Source: Candidatus Parcubacteria bacterium
GTDB taxonomy: Bacteria; Patescibacteriota; Minisyncoccia; Phycocordibacterales; JAKAEA01
Reading direction: 5' to 3'
DNA: 64,000 bases
Assembly: GCA_019661945.1 (NCBI GenBank)
Contig: JAIFWI010000001.1
Coordinates: 6,342 to 70,341 of the forward strand
Shown: positions 1 through 9,478 of the stretch, in pieces
Position numbering within the stretch: the first letter of the stretch is position 1
Layout: every line of letters begins with the position of its first letter
Program-made: the position numbers and the translations under genes
The notes under the pieces: generated by a model
Databases searched by the model: none
Told to the model about the DNA's origin: nothing
What the model saw: only the letters and a program-made list of their open reading frames with translations

Positions 1-1077
1 TCGAGCAAGTTGCTTCAAAGATCGAGAAATTTCAGTTACTTGCTGGACCATATTGTCAGCGCCATGTTTTTGCGTCGGCTGCATCAGCTGGAGATAGTCG
101 ACGATAATTAAACCAAGACCTTTTTCGCTTTTTAATCGGCGGGCCACTGAACGCATTTTCAAAATATTATTAGCTGGATGATCGTCAATGTAAATGGGAG
201 CTTTTGCCAAACGATCAATAGCACTTCTCATAGCTTCAAAATCGCTTTCAACTATTTGCTTACCAGTGCGAAGTTTCCATGAGTCTACACGCGATTCAGC
301 AGCTAGGAGCCTATCAACGAGCTGCTGGGAGCTCATTTCAAGAGAAAAGATACCAACGGGAGTATTGTGCAGTACGGCAGTCTGGCGGGCAATATCGAGG
401 GCAAGCGAGGTTTTACCCATTGAAGGCCGGGCAGCGAGAATAATAAGGTCTGATTTTTGAAAGCCGGCAAGCTTATTATCGAGTTCCTTAAAACCAGTTG
501 GGATACCGCGCATTTCATCTTTTGACTTGTGAAGTTTATCCAAACGATCCCAGGCTTCGGCAATAGTTTCACGGAGTTCTAAAAAGCGGTGAGCGCTCGA
601 GAAATTGGTTACCTGGAAAAGACTTTTTTCTGCTGAATCGAGAATGTGCTCGAGGTCATCAGCTTCATCGTAGCCAAGATTTGAAATTTCTTCGGCACTT
701 TCAATGAGATTGCGCATTAAATACTTTTTCTGAACAATTTCGGCATAATATTTAGCATTGGCTGCTGAAGGAACGGTGTTTACAAGTTCAGTCAGATACG
801 TAGCGCCGCCGATTTGATCGAGTTGTTCTTTATCGCGCAGGAATGATGATAGAGACAGAAAATCAATTGGAGTGGATTTACCGAAGAGCTCAAGCATTGC
901 CCGGAAAATAATACGATGTTTCTCAGAGTAAAAAGATGGAGCACCGACGAAATCGATAATTTCAAACATGACATCAGGCCGGAGCATCACCGAGCCAAGC
1001 AAAGCCATCTCAGCTTCAATACTCTGAGGAGGGATTCGAAGATAGGGAGTGTTTTTAACGAGTTGTCGCTCTGGCAT
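1..1077 (-). CDS. dnaB: Replicative DNA helicase DnaB (3' end / C-terminus truncated by window edge)
   Basis: Minus-strand translation from ATG at 1077 gives MPERQLVKNTPYLRIPPQSIEAEMALLGSVML...GKTSLALDIA (Walker A)...IVDYLQLM...EISRSLKQLAR; reading frame runs off position 1. Not in ORF track because open at edge. Confidence 0.85.
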   Translation of the reverse strand, partial: MPERQLVKNTPYLRIPPQSIEAEMALLGSVMLRPDVMFEIIDFVGAPSFYSEKHRIIFRAMLELFGKSTPIDFLSLSSFLRDKEQLDQIGGATYLTELVNTVPSAANAKYYAEIVQKKYLMRNLIESAEEISNLGYDEADDLEHILDSAEKSLFQVTNFSSAHRFLELRETIAEAWDRLDKLHKSKDEMRGIPTGFKELDNKLAGFQKSDLIILAARPSMGKTSLALDIARQTAVLHNTPVGIFSLEMSSQQLVDRLLAAESRVDSWKLRTGKQIVESDFEAMRSAIDRLAKAPIYIDDHPANNILKMRSVARRLKSEKGLGLIIVDYLQLMQPTQKHGADNMVQQVTEISRSLKQLAR

Positions 1078-1117
1078 ATTCAAATTCTATCACAGCAACA
1101 TGTGACGCTTATAGGAG

Positions 1118-1140
1118 CGCAAGTATTACAAAACTGTGGA
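1118..1140. promoter_or_regulatory. Two tandem DnaA-box-like 9-mers (TGTGGATAC, TGTGGATTA) upstream of dnaB
   Basis: ctgtggatactgtggatta; each 1 mismatch from TGTGGATAA consensus; lies in dnaB 5' intergenic region. Confidence 0.25.
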
Positions 1141-1182
1141 TACTGTGGATTACTTTTTCAAACTTGTAAAATACGGCTGAGG

Positions 1183-2553
1183 CTATAGTTTTTTTACTCG
1201 AGGACCTTCATCGGTATCTTTCACTTCAAACCCCAGATTTTTGATTTTGTCACGGAGTTCATCTGACTTTTGGTAGTCTTTACTTTTCCGAACTTTTTCG
1301 CGTTCTTCAATGAGTTGTTGAACATCATGTGGAATTTCTACTTTATGGATAGTATCTAAGCCAAGCCCAAGGACTTTATCAAATTCTACTAATGTCGCTC
1401 TTTTATCTTGGGAGAGTACTGATGTATCTTTTAATAATTCCCAAATTAATGCTACGGCTTTTGGTGTATCAAGATCATCATTAATAACATTTTTAAATCT
1501 ATTTAAATATTCTGAGTTTGGAGTGCCAATTTCTAAGCCGAGGACAATAACATTTTCTATGAGTCGCTTATACGCAGTCTGAGCCGCTCCAAGAGCCTCC
1601 CATGAAAAATCAACTTGGGTTCGGTAATGGGCAGTCAAAAGCCAATAGCGATAGGCCAGGGGATTAATATTCTTCTCTTTTAGTGTCTGGAGACTCAGAA
1701 AATTGCCAGCAGATTTTGCCATTTTTCCTCCTTCTATATTAAGAAATGCATTATGAATCCAATAATTAGCAAATTCACAGCCGCAGGCATTTTCAGACTG
1801 AGCAATTTCGTTATTGTGATGAATAGGCGCAAGATCAATACCACCAGTGTGAATGTCAAAATGCTGGCCAAGGTATTTTTGAGACATAGCAGAACATTCA
1901 ATATGCCAGCCGGGAAATCCCTGACCCCACAGACTCGGATATCCTAAGTTTTTATTAAATTTCCACAAAGCAAAATCTCGAAAGTTTTTCTTTTCAGAAT
2001 TTTCATTGATACGAGCGTGTGAATCATCGGCAGCAATACCACCCAATTTTCCATATTGTGCATCTTTTGATGTATCAAAATAAACTCCATCTGATGTCGT
2101 ATATGTAAATCCTTTTTCTTCAAGTTTTTTAATTAACTCAATATTCTCATTAATATGCTCACTCGCTTTAGGTAGATGAGTTGGGGATTTAATATTGAGT
2201 TCCTTCAGATTTTGCTTAAATGCCTCAGTATAGAAGTGAGCCAATTCATTCATTGCTTCAATGGTAATAGGCTTATTCTCTCTTTTTAAGCCTTTTGTCA
2301 TTTTATCTTCCTCTTCGCTGCTTGAATCAGGATTTAACTGCCCCACATCTGTAATATTCATTACTTGGGTCACTTCAAAGCCATTATGCTCAAGGGCTCG
2401 TCGTAAAATATCAGATGTCAAAAAAGCTCGGAGATTACCGATATGTATATAGTCATATACCGTTGGACCACAACTATATATGCCAACGTGGTTCTCTTTG
2501 ATAGGTTTAAATTCTTCTTTTTTTCCACCCAACGTATTGGTCAGCTTGATCAT
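1183..2553 (-). CDS. cysS: Cysteinyl-tRNA synthetase
   Basis: HIGH-type motif (HIGNLRAF), KMSKS-type motif (KMAKSAGN), class I aaRS architecture, 456 aa. Confidence 0.9.
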   Translation of the reverse strand: MIKLTNTLGGKKEEFKPIKENHVGIYSCGPTVYDYIHIGNLRAFLTSDILRRALEHNGFEVTQVMNITDVGQLNPDSSSEEEDKMTKGLKRENKPITIEAMNELAHFYTEAFKQNLKELNIKSPTHLPKASEHINENIELIKKLEEKGFTYTTSDGVYFDTSKDAQYGKLGGIAADDSHARINENSEKKNFRDFALWKFNKNLGYPSLWGQGFPGWHIECSAMSQKYLGQHFDIHTGGIDLAPIHHNNEIAQSENACGCEFANYWIHNAFLNIEGGKMAKSAGNFLSLQTLKEKNINPLAYRYWLLTAHYRTQVDFSWEALGAAQTAYKRLIENVIVLGLEIGTPNSEYLNRFKNVINDDLDTPKAVALIWELLKDTSVLSQDKRATLVEFDKVLGLGLDTIHKVEIPHDVQQLIEEREKVRKSKDYQKSDELRDKIKNLGFEVKDTDEGPRVKKL

Positions 2554-2620
2554 GTTGAAAAATTATAGCCTTTTTAGAGCGTGTTTACAAACATACATTT
2601 TTTTGCGATACTCCTTATAT

Positions 2621-3856
2621 ATGTCGTCTTTTTCAAAACGATTCGCAGCTGTGGTTATTGGTGCTGCTCTAGCAGCCAGTTCTTTTATTGCTGGGGCCTA
2701 TTATGGCACTCGCCAAAGTTTTGCTCTTGAAGATTTTACCGGTGGTATTTCAAATAAAGAACTTGCGAAACCCAATGGTGTTGATTTCGCTCCTTTCTGG
2801 CAGGCCTGGAATATTCTGAATGATCGGTATGTGCCTACAAAAAAGAGTGCCTCAACGACACCAACCACGGACCAAGCAAAAGTCTGGGGCGCAATTAAGG
2901 GATTGGCTGAAGCTTACGGTGATCCATACACTACTTTTTTCCCACCACAAGAAGCATCGGATTTTAAAGCAGAAATCAGTGGTGCTTTTGAGGGAGTGGG
3001 CATGGAGGTAGCGATCAAAGATAATATCTTAACGGTTGTCGCTCCTCTAAAAAACACACCCGCCCAAAAAGCAGGCCTTAAGCCGGGGGATAGGATTCTT
3101 AAAATCAATGATTCGATTACCGCCAAATTAAGTGTTGAAGAAGCTATTCGCCTGATGCGTGGTAAAAAAGGAACGGAAGTTCGTTTAACTATTTTAAGTG
3201 CTGAAGCGAAACAACCGAAAGAAGTAAAAATTGTTCGTGATACTATTTCTATTCCAACACTTGATACAGAAAAGCGGGCTGATGGTATCTTTGTTATCAA
3301 GCTCTACAACTTCTCGGCAAATTCAGCCAATCTTTTCCGTAATGCTCTCGAAGAATTTGCACGTTCTGGTAGCAATAGGCTTGTCCTTGATCTCCGAGGT
3401 AATCCTGGAGGATATCTCGATGCTGCTCTTGATATGGCTAGTTGGTTTTTGCCAAAAGAACAGATTGTTCTTCGCGAAGATTTAGGTGACGGCAAAGAAG
3501 AAATCCATTACAGCAAAGGCTATGATATTTTCAATAACAATTTGAAAATGGTCATTCTTGTTGATGGTGGTTCTGCCTCAGCCTCAGAAATTTTAGCCGG
3601 TGCTCTTCAGGAACATGGTATTGCCTCACTTGTCGGTGCAACAACATTCGGTAAGGGTTCTGTTCAGGAGTTAGTAAACTTAACACCTGAAACGGCTTTG
3701 AAAATTACTATCGCCCGATGGCTGACCCCAAAAGGCAATTCCATTTCAGAGCAGGGCCTGAAGCCGGATGTTGAAGTGAAGGTGACTGAAGAAGATGTCA
3801 AAAATCAAGTTGATGCCCAAATGAATAAGGCTGTCGAACTATTAAAAGCTAGATAA
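2621..3856 (+). CDS. ctpA: Carboxyl-terminal processing protease (S41 peptidase, PDZ domain)
   Basis: Signal/TM MSSFSKRFAAVVIGAALA; PDZ (GLKPGDRILKINDS); S41 motifs LVLDLRGNPGGY and ILVDGGSASASEI...TFGKGSVQ. Start moved to ATG 2621 (track ORF has a non-homologous upstream extension). Confidence 0.85.
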   Translation: MSSFSKRFAAVVIGAALAASSFIAGAYYGTRQSFALEDFTGGISNKELAKPNGVDFAPFWQAWNILNDRYVPTKKSASTTPTTDQAKVWGAIKGLAEAYGDPYTTFFPPQEASDFKAEISGAFEGVGMEVAIKDNILTVVAPLKNTPAQKAGLKPGDRILKINDSITAKLSVEEAIRLMRGKKGTEVRLTILSAEAKQPKEVKIVRDTISIPTLDTEKRADGIFVIKLYNFSANSANLFRNALEEFARSGSNRLVLDLRGNPGGYLDAALDMASWFLPKEQIVLREDLGDGKEEIHYSKGYDIFNNNLKMVILVDGGSASASEILAGALQEHGIASLVGATTFGKGSVQELVNLTPETALKITIARWLTPKGNSISEQGLKPDVEVKVTEEDVKNQVDAQMNKAVELLKAR

Positions 3857-3862
3857 CAAAAT

Positions 3863-4306
3863 ATGAAAGTAATACTTTTACAGGATGTCCGCAAGGTAGG
3901 TAGAAAATTTGAAATTAAAGATGTAGCAGACGGCTATGCTTTGAATTTTCTTATTCCAAGAAAATTAGCTGAAGTTTCTAATAGCTCAAACACTCGAAGA
4001 GTAGAGCATATCAAAGCCAAAGATGAAACCAATAAAAAAGTCCAAGAAGAACATGTATTGAAAAATCTCAAGGCTCTCGATGGAGCTAAGATCGAAATCA
4101 AAGAAAATACCAATGAGAAGGGCCATCTGTTTAAAGGAGTAAATAAAGAGGAAATTGCTCATGCTCTAAAAGTTCAAGGCCATTCAGATATTACTCCGGA
4201 ATATATAATGCTCGAGAAGCCTATTAAGGAAGCAGGGGAATATTCTATTGAAGTCAAAGTCCAGGAAACTGCCGCGAATTTTAAACTCGTCATTTCAGCG
4301 AAGTAA
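3863..4306 (+). CDS. rplI: 50S ribosomal protein L9
   Basis: MKVILLQDVRKVGRKFEIKDVADGYALNFLIPRKLA typical L9 N-domain; 147 aa. Confidence 0.9.
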   Translation: MKVILLQDVRKVGRKFEIKDVADGYALNFLIPRKLAEVSNSSNTRRVEHIKAKDETNKKVQEEHVLKNLKALDGAKIEIKENTNEKGHLFKGVNKEEIAHALKVQGHSDITPEYIMLEKPIKEAGEYSIEVKVQETAANFKLVISAK

Positions 4307-4320
4307 AATAAAAAATATAA

Positions 4321-4352
4321 AAGAAAAAACCCGACCGAGGAATCGGTGCGGG
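4321..4352 (-). terminator. Intrinsic terminator (hairpin cccgaccga/tcggtgcggg + U-run on minus strand) for 4363..4713
   Basis: GC hairpin with one bulge; A-run on plus = U-run on minus immediately after hairpin. Confidence 0.5.
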
Positions 4353-4362
4353 TGGCTGGAAT

Positions 4363-4713
4363 TTAGCGCGTAGGTGTGGGGCGTCCTGAGTCCTTAAACA
4401 CATTGTCGATTACCTGTTGCAGGAAATCCCACAGCGCGTTATCAGTGCTCGGAATCAAACCGTACATGCTGTTGTTGAACGGCGGAGCTGCCGGCCGGTG
4501 GAAATCAGTTGGGCTCGATCCCCAGACATAGACCCGAAGTTCCTTTCTTGATACCAGGCTCGGGTCTGTAGAAAAGTGAATAGTGACTCCGTTCGCCTTC
4601 GGATGCCTGAGCACTAAAGCAATATATCCTCGCTGAGGGGTTTTGCTGCCCAGGTCGTAGCCAGTAGCACGAGCCATAGCCAGGACCTGTTCTTCATTCT
4701 GGAAGTACAGCAC
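4363..4713 (-). CDS. Hypothetical protein (GC-rich, likely acquired)
   Basis: 116 aa ORF; GTG start preceded by AAGGAGG 4 nt upstream; terminator downstream; GC content clearly above flanks; no recognisable family. Confidence 0.5.
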   Translation of the reverse strand: MLYFQNEEQVLAMARATGYDLGSKTPQRGYIALVLRHPKANGVTIHFSTDPSLVSRKELRVYVWGSSPTDFHRPAAPPFNNSMYGLIPSTDNALWDFLQQVIDNVFKDSGRPTPTR

Positions 4714-4783
4714 GTGACCTCCTTGGTCAGTGGTTGAGCCGATCTTGTCTGATTATTAATCAGGTGTATGAATATGTCAAACA

Positions 4784-4809
4784 AAAACCCCTTGATAGGG
4801 GCTTTGTTT
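4784..4809. terminator. Bidirectional intrinsic terminator (cccct tgata gggg flanked by A/T runs)
   Basis: Hairpin 4788-4801 between A-run and T-run, directly after rpmA stop on minus strand. Confidence 0.55.
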
Positions 4810-5081
4810 TAGAGAACGCTAACCATTTTGCGACTGACGATGCGGCCGTCGAAATTCGTTTTGCGCTTGTCTTTGAATTCTACCTTGCCATCTTTGAGAG
4901 CAAAAATGGTGTGATCTTTACCAAGAGCGACATTCTTGCCAGCAAGATACACTGTGCCGCGTTGTCGGACAATAATCATGCCGATTCGAGCACTTTGACC
5001 ATGGTTAAGTTTAACCCCTAGATATTTTGGGTTTGAGTCCCGTAAATTTTTCGCTGTTCCGCCGGCTTTTTTGGTTGCCAT
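4809..5081 (-). CDS. rpmA: 50S ribosomal protein L27
   Basis: [24 protein letters not shown]...; 90 aa, canonical L27. Confidence 0.9.
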   Translation of the reverse strand: MATKKAGGTAKNLRDSNPKYLGVKLNHGQSARIGMIIVRQRGTVYLAGKNVALGKDHTIFALKDGKVEFKDKRKTNFDGRIVSRKMVSVL

Positions 5082-5121
5082 ACCTCGTAATTTCCTAAAC
5101 TTTGTTTATAATGTAGTGACA

Positions 5122-5487
5122 ATGATCATACATGATATTCCTGAAAAAGGCAAGAACCCGCTTGAAAAGGCATTTATTCCACTTCTGATGCTCTTGACCT
5201 TAAGTGCAGGCTGGGGTGCATACGAGCTTTTTTCCCTCCAAAAGGCTAGTATTCCTATCAAACTTACGTATAATAACAGTCTGGCCGCCAGTGCTTTTGA
5301 TTCAAGCTCAGTCCGAGCGAGTACTACTACCGGAGCATATGTTGCCTCAAAAAACGGCAAGGCGTATTATCTTGTTACCTGTACCGGAGCCAAACGTATT
5401 CTAGATAAGAACAAGGTTTTTTTTGAAACTCGGGAAGCGGCTGAAAGAGCAGGCTTTCAGGCAGCTAAAAATTGTCCTGGATTATAA
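5122..5487 (+). CDS. Hypothetical membrane-anchored/secreted protein with C-terminal Ada-metal-binding-domain-like motif (degenerate)
   Basis: N-terminal TM (FIPLLMLLTLSAGWGAY); C-term YYLVTCTGAKRILDKNKVFFETREAAERAGFQAAKNCPG resembles the YxVxTTGIxCRPSC...ENVxFFxSxxEAxAAGFRPCKRC pattern of Ada N-domain but lacks two of the Cys. Confidence 0.4.
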   Translation: MIIHDIPEKGKNPLEKAFIPLLMLLTLSAGWGAYELFSLQKASIPIKLTYNNSLAASAFDSSSVRASTTTGAYVASKNGKAYYLVTCTGAKRILDKNKVFFETREAAERAGFQAAKNCPGL

Positions 5488-5512
5488 TTTATATAATATA
5501 AACACTGTTTAG

Positions 5513-5764
5513 ATGAAACGAATCGCTCACAAAACTGCATTACATTGCGCTGGCTGGTCCTGCATCCTTTTTGGTATTTTGGCTGGATTTCTGCCTCTTA
5601 TTCCGGGTTTTGTCTTTGTGATAGTTGGAATCTACCTACTTGGCCAAGCATCGCTCTGGCTTTGGAATCATATCGAACGTCTTAAAATCAAATTCCCGCG
5701 TTTTGCCTTTCAATACATGCGAATTGATACTAAAATCAGTAAGTACATTAAACGCGCGCACTAA
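5513..5764 (+). CDS. Small inner-membrane protein, YbaN/DUF454-like
   Basis: 83 aa; GFLPLIPGFVFVIVGIYLLGQ motif typical of YbaN family; stop overlaps the nrnA start codon (TAATG). Confidence 0.5.
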   Translation: MKRIAHKTALHCAGWSCILFGILAGFLPLIPGFVFVIVGIYLLGQASLWLWNHIERLKIKFPRFAFQYMRIDTKISKYIKRAH

Positions 5765-6798
5765 TGCAAGAAATAAACAAAGATATAGCCGGACAGATTT
5801 TGGCTGAAATTAAGCTGGCTAAGAAAATTTTAATGCATTGTCATCCGAGTCCTGATGGTGATAGTTTAGGAAGTACATTAGCAATGTCACATGTCCTTAA
5901 AGCTATGGGCAAAGAGCCTACTGTTATTAAAGGTGACTCTGATTTGCCGAAATATCTTTCAAAGCTGCCTGGATACGATACTATTGTGCTTAAGAATATC
6001 TTTGAAATAGACCTTAAAGATTTCGATCTTTTCTTGGTTCTTGATACCGGCTCACCAGATCGCGTCTCAAAGATTCAGCCTCTCACATTACCTCTGCCAA
6101 TAAAAACTATTCTTATTGACCATCATATTTCAAATCAGGGTTTCGGCGATATTAGTCTTATTTTGAGTGACTATTCCTCAACGTGTGAAATACTCTATGA
6201 TCTTTTGGAAATGTGGCAGATAGATCTTTCGCCACAAGCAGCAGTATGTCTTTTTGTAGGTATATATACCGATACAGGAGGATTCAGATATAGAACATCG
6301 AAAACTTCACCGCCAGCCGAAACTATTGGTAAGGCTGCAAAATTGGCCCATATTGCTCCGAATTATATCGATATTCTCCATTCAATGGAGAACAGCAACA
6401 CGAAAGGCAGACTGATTGCCCAGGGCCTACTTCTTCATTCAATCGAGACACATTTCAATGATAGTGTTGCTTTTGTATCAGTATCAAAAGCCGAACTTGA
6501 TGCGCATAAGATTACCCTTGATGACATATCAGGTTTGGATGTAGCCAATCAGCTAAAATCTGTCATTGGCTGGAATATGGGTATTAGTTTTATTGAGAAA
6601 GAGCCAAATTATATAGGTATAAGCTTCAGGAGCCGAGATCCTGAACGCTATGATGTTGCAAAAGTGGCTAGCTTTGTTAAGGGTGGGGGACATAAGGCTG
6701 CTGCTGGGGCTCGAATTTTGGGCACTCTCCAAGAAGCTAAGGATCAGGTGCTCAAAGCTATTGCTGAAACCTACCCGGATCTTAAGCCAGGTTTGTGA
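5764..6798 (+). CDS. nrnA: DHH/DHHA1 phosphoesterase (NrnA-like nanoRNase / pAp phosphatase)
   Basis: HCHPSPDGDSLGS (DHH motif I), DHH (IDHHISN), C-terminal GGGHKAAAGA (DHHA1). Confidence 0.8.
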   Translation: MQEINKDIAGQILAEIKLAKKILMHCHPSPDGDSLGSTLAMSHVLKAMGKEPTVIKGDSDLPKYLSKLPGYDTIVLKNIFEIDLKDFDLFLVLDTGSPDRVSKIQPLTLPLPIKTILIDHHISNQGFGDISLILSDYSSTCEILYDLLEMWQIDLSPQAAVCLFVGIYTDTGGFRYRTSKTSPPAETIGKAAKLAHIAPNYIDILHSMENSNTKGRLIAQGLLLHSIETHFNDSVAFVSVSKAELDAHKITLDDISGLDVANQLKSVIGWNMGISFIEKEPNYIGISFRSRDPERYDVAKVASFVKGGGHKAAAGARILGTLQEAKDQVLKAIAETYPDLKPGL

Positions 6799-7007
6799 TT
6801 TCATCATAAATCTGTCAAATCGTCAAATATCGGTAACACCCTGAATGTGAAAAATAGGCCTATACAGGGCCTTTTTACGACACTTGCAATAAGTGAAAAT
6901 ACCTCAAAAATCATTGACTTTAAGGATGAGGTATGCTATACTTATTGGGAATCAGAGAGCGTCTCTGGTTTTTTATTTGGGAGGTCTATTAGACTAATCA
7001 AATACCT

Positions 7008-7493
7008 ATGTTTACATTCACAACCAGTCTTGTTCTTATTCTTGCCACTGTTACCGCTTCTACACCAAATACCGCTCTAACCCCTGGAATTCAAAACTCA
7101 TCAATCGTCGAGACAGCTTCAAATATGATGCTGACCGCTGATCAATCAGTCTTTGATGAAGCTTCACTTGCTACTGCAAAGTCTGAAAAGAAGGCTCCGA
7201 GTGTTGAAAAGTATGTTCGCGCATACTTTGCCAAAACTCCGATCCTTGCAGAAATTGCCTACTGTGAGTCACGCTTTACCCACTATACCTATACAGGTAC
7301 CGTGGTTCGAGGAAAGATTGTTCACGAAGACGTTGGTGTCATGCAGATTAACGAGGACTACCACTTGAAAACTGCTGAGAAGCTTGGATATAACATCCAT
7401 TCGCTTCAAGGAAACCTTGCGTATGCCCAGTATCTCTATGAGAGACAAGGTGTACAACCATGGTCAGCTTCGGCTCCATGCTGGAATAGATAA
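7008..7493 (+). CDS. Secreted lysozyme-like / lytic-transglycosylase-like protein
   Basis: Signal peptide; EIAYCESRF...VGVMQINEDYH resembles the SLT catalytic Glu-Ser + GLMQ motifs; paralog of 12821..13291. Confidence 0.55.
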   Translation: MFTFTTSLVLILATVTASTPNTALTPGIQNSSIVETASNMMLTADQSVFDEASLATAKSEKKAPSVEKYVRAYFAKTPILAEIAYCESRFTHYTYTGTVVRGKIVHEDVGVMQINEDYHLKTAEKLGYNIHSLQGNLAYAQYLYERQGVQPWSASAPCWNR

Positions 7494-7507
7494 GACTTAA
7501 AAAACAA

Positions 7508-7538
7508 AACCCCGTACCGTAAGGTGCGGGGTTTTGTT
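7508..7538 (+). terminator. Intrinsic terminator (ccccgtaccg taagg tgcgggg + U-run)
   Basis: 10-bp GC stem with one G-U wobble, followed by TTTTGTT. Confidence 0.7.
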
Positions 7539-7564
7539 ATGGAGAGTTTTTTATTGACCGGATT

Positions 7565-7700
7565 TTATGGAATGATACACTGAGCATTGGACCTGAAACC
7601 AACGGAGGTGTGCGCCGGAAACAGCCGGGCCAGACTCTCTCCTGTAGGTGGATCACACAGGGCCCGATTGCATGATGCAGTCGGGCCCTGTTTACTTACA
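7565..7700 (+). ncRNA. Candidate small structured ncRNA (unclassified), ends in a 10-bp hairpin + U-run
   Basis: About 135-nt GC-rich (>55%) island between two terminators in AT-rich DNA; perfect stem cagggcccga...tcgggccctg followed by TTTAC; internal helices GUGUG/CACAC and CCGG/CCGG; no convincing ORF. SRP-RNA-like CCGGAA motif present but consensus not matched. Confidence 0.25.
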
Positions 7701-7749
7701 TCTGCTAATTTTGTTATATTTTTCACATTAGCTCTGCTATAATTAACAT

Positions 7750-7935
7750 ATGAAAAACACAATAATAATTGTTCTCGTTTTATTAGGAATTTATTGGTTG
7801 TTTGATCACACTGCTCCCTTGCCGCTTAATCATGCATCTTTTGGTTTGTATAACCATGGTGTTCATAGAATTATCGGCGTTGTCTTTTTGGCAGTAGCAG
7901 CATTCTTTACCTGGAAGTGGAAATCTAAAAGCTAG
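7750..7935 (+). CDS. Small hydrophobic protein (61 aa), 2 TM
   Basis: ORF with TATAAT 7 nt upstream of ATG (possible leaderless); hydrophobic segments; no homology recognised. Confidence 0.3.
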   Translation: MKNTIIIVLVLLGIYWLFDHTAPLPLNHASFGLYNHGVHRIIGVVFLAVAAFFTWKWKSKS

Positions 7936-8924
7936 CGAGAATTATTTTCTAATTGTTTATAGACAGTCTCTGAAATTGTAGAGATTACTTTTTCTAGTTT
8001 ACTAAAATCCTTGCCTTTAGTCATGACACATAAAAAATAAGGGTTACCTGGCCGGTAAATAATTCCGCAATCGTGAAGTTGTCGGGAAATAAGTGAGCCG
8101 TCAGGACGAATATCCGTATGTTCTCCGAATTTATGGGCCACAGTTATTTCATGTGGCACTCCGGCAACTAATCCTTGAGTAAACGTCGTTTGTGTTAAGA
8201 GGAGTAGTGCCCGTTCAGATATACCTCGTGATAAAAAAGATGAGTTATAGAGGGTTCTGAAAAGAACGGAGTAAGACTTTGGAGACATAAAATCAATCAG
8301 CTTTTCTTGAGGTGGCGGAGGCAATTGTAGAGAATCATACACCAAATCAAACCCTTTGCGATTAGCTTTCACTAAGCTATCGGTGGCAATGTTATCAGAT
8401 TCAGTAATCATTTTTACAATAAGGTCTTCTACGCTGTACTGACCGCTCTTTGGAATGCTTATTGGTTTATAATGCTGTCCTAATTGATCAGCTACTGCAT
8501 ACGTGAGTTTGGTTGATAAAATAGAAGGCTCAGTTTCCGCTAATCGTAGATATGAGAGCATCACCAAAACCTTGAGCATACTTGAAGGCTCATAGGCTAC
8601 ATCTTCATTAATACCGGTCCACAAACCGGTATTCAACTCGCGAAAATAAACAGAAACTGAATCTGCCGATTGATTATTGAGAATAGTCTTTATCTCGGTA
8701 TCGAGACTTTTTCTGAGTGGATTATACACCAATGATCGACTCTGAGTTGTTTCAGTATAGAGAACGGGATTTATCAACACTGAACCAGCATTTTCACGCA
8801 CTTGTTTTACAATTTGTGGAAGGGCTGAATTACTTATATGAGCTTCTACAAGCCAACCTGTTGCAAGTCCACCTATAAAAAATACAGCAAGGGCAGTGAT
8901 ATAGATGGACCGTTTTTTGGGCAT
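7932..8924 (-). CDS. Class A beta-lactamase-like serine hydrolase (membrane anchored)
   Basis: N-term TM; SMLK (SxxK), ESDN (SDN), KFG (KTG-like) motifs in correct order; 330 aa. Confidence 0.7.
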   Translation of the reverse strand: MPKKRSIYITALAVFFIGGLATGWLVEAHISNSALPQIVKQVRENAGSVLINPVLYTETTQSRSLVYNPLRKSLDTEIKTILNNQSADSVSVYFRELNTGLWTGINEDVAYEPSSMLKVLVMLSYLRLAETEPSILSTKLTYAVADQLGQHYKPISIPKSGQYSVEDLIVKMITESDNIATDSLVKANRKGFDLVYDSLQLPPPPQEKLIDFMSPKSYSVLFRTLYNSSFLSRGISERALLLLTQTTFTQGLVAGVPHEITVAHKFGEHTDIRPDGSLISRQLHDCGIIYRPGNPYFLCVMTKGKDFSKLEKVISTISETVYKQLENNSR

Positions 8925-9001
8925 AACCCATTATGTCGTATCATTGTAGTAAATTCAACCAGGATAGTCAGACGCTATTTTGAATCTGGTATACTTTAGT
9001 T

Positions 9002-9478
9002 ATGAACTACTGGCTTTTGAAAATTGAGGCGGCTTGCTTTTCAATCGATGATATGAAAAGGGAAAAGAAAGTGCCCTGGACGGGTATTAGGAATTATCAG
9101 GCTCGGAATTTTATGCGAGACAAGATGAAAGTAGGGGACTTAGCACTTTTTTATCACTCGAGTGCTGATCCAACAGCTGCGGTTGGTGTGGTGAAAGTAG
9201 TAAGTGAAGCATATCCTGACCCAACCCAGTTTGATAAAAAAGATGATCACTTTGATCCGAAAGCAACTAAAGAAAAACCAATGTGGTCTGTGGTTGATGT
9301 CCAGTTTGTTAGAAAATTTAAACAACCAATCTCGCTCCATCAGATGAAAATTCGACCTGATTTAGTTGGTATGTCTGTCACTCAAAAGGGAAGCAGGCTG
9401 TCTGTTTTGCCTGTCTCAGAGAAGCATTTTAAAATAATTGAGGAATTGGGTAATAAAATAAGTAGCTTCGCAGCCTAG
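9002..9478 (+). CDS. EVE (PUA-like) domain protein
   Basis: MNYWLLKIEAACFSIDDMKREKKVPWTGIRNYQARNFMRDKMKVGDLALFYHS... matches EVE/thymocyte-nuclear-protein-1 fold. Confidence 0.7.
   Translation: MNYWLLKIEAACFSIDDMKREKKVPWTGIRNYQARNFMRDKMKVGDLALFYHSSADPTAAVGVVKVVSEAYPDPTQFDKKDDHFDPKATKEKPMWSVVDVQFVRKFKQPISLHQMKIRPDLVGMSVTQKGSRLSVLPVSEKHFKIIEELGNKISSFAA

Noticed and set aside
194-974. Track ORFs 194..460(+), 333..572(-), 792..974(-), 916..1188(+)
   Set aside because: All lie inside or antisense to the clear dnaB reading frame (minus strand, open at window edge); no independent support.
2480-2620. Upstream extension of the ctpA ORF (MPTWFSLIGLNSS...)
   Set aside because: Low-complexity non-homologous extension; ATG at 2621 gives a typical signal-anchor start for an S41 protease.
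5106-5404. ORFs 5106..5360(-) and 5204..5404(+)
   Set aside because: Overlap the better-supported plus-strand ORF with TM + Ada-like domain; no RBS or homology.
7590-7660. SRP (4.5S) RNA assignment for the 7565-7700 candidate
   Set aside because: Only a partial CCGGAA...AGCC resemblance; the GGAAGGAAGCAGC helix-8 consensus and end-to-end hairpin architecture are not present.
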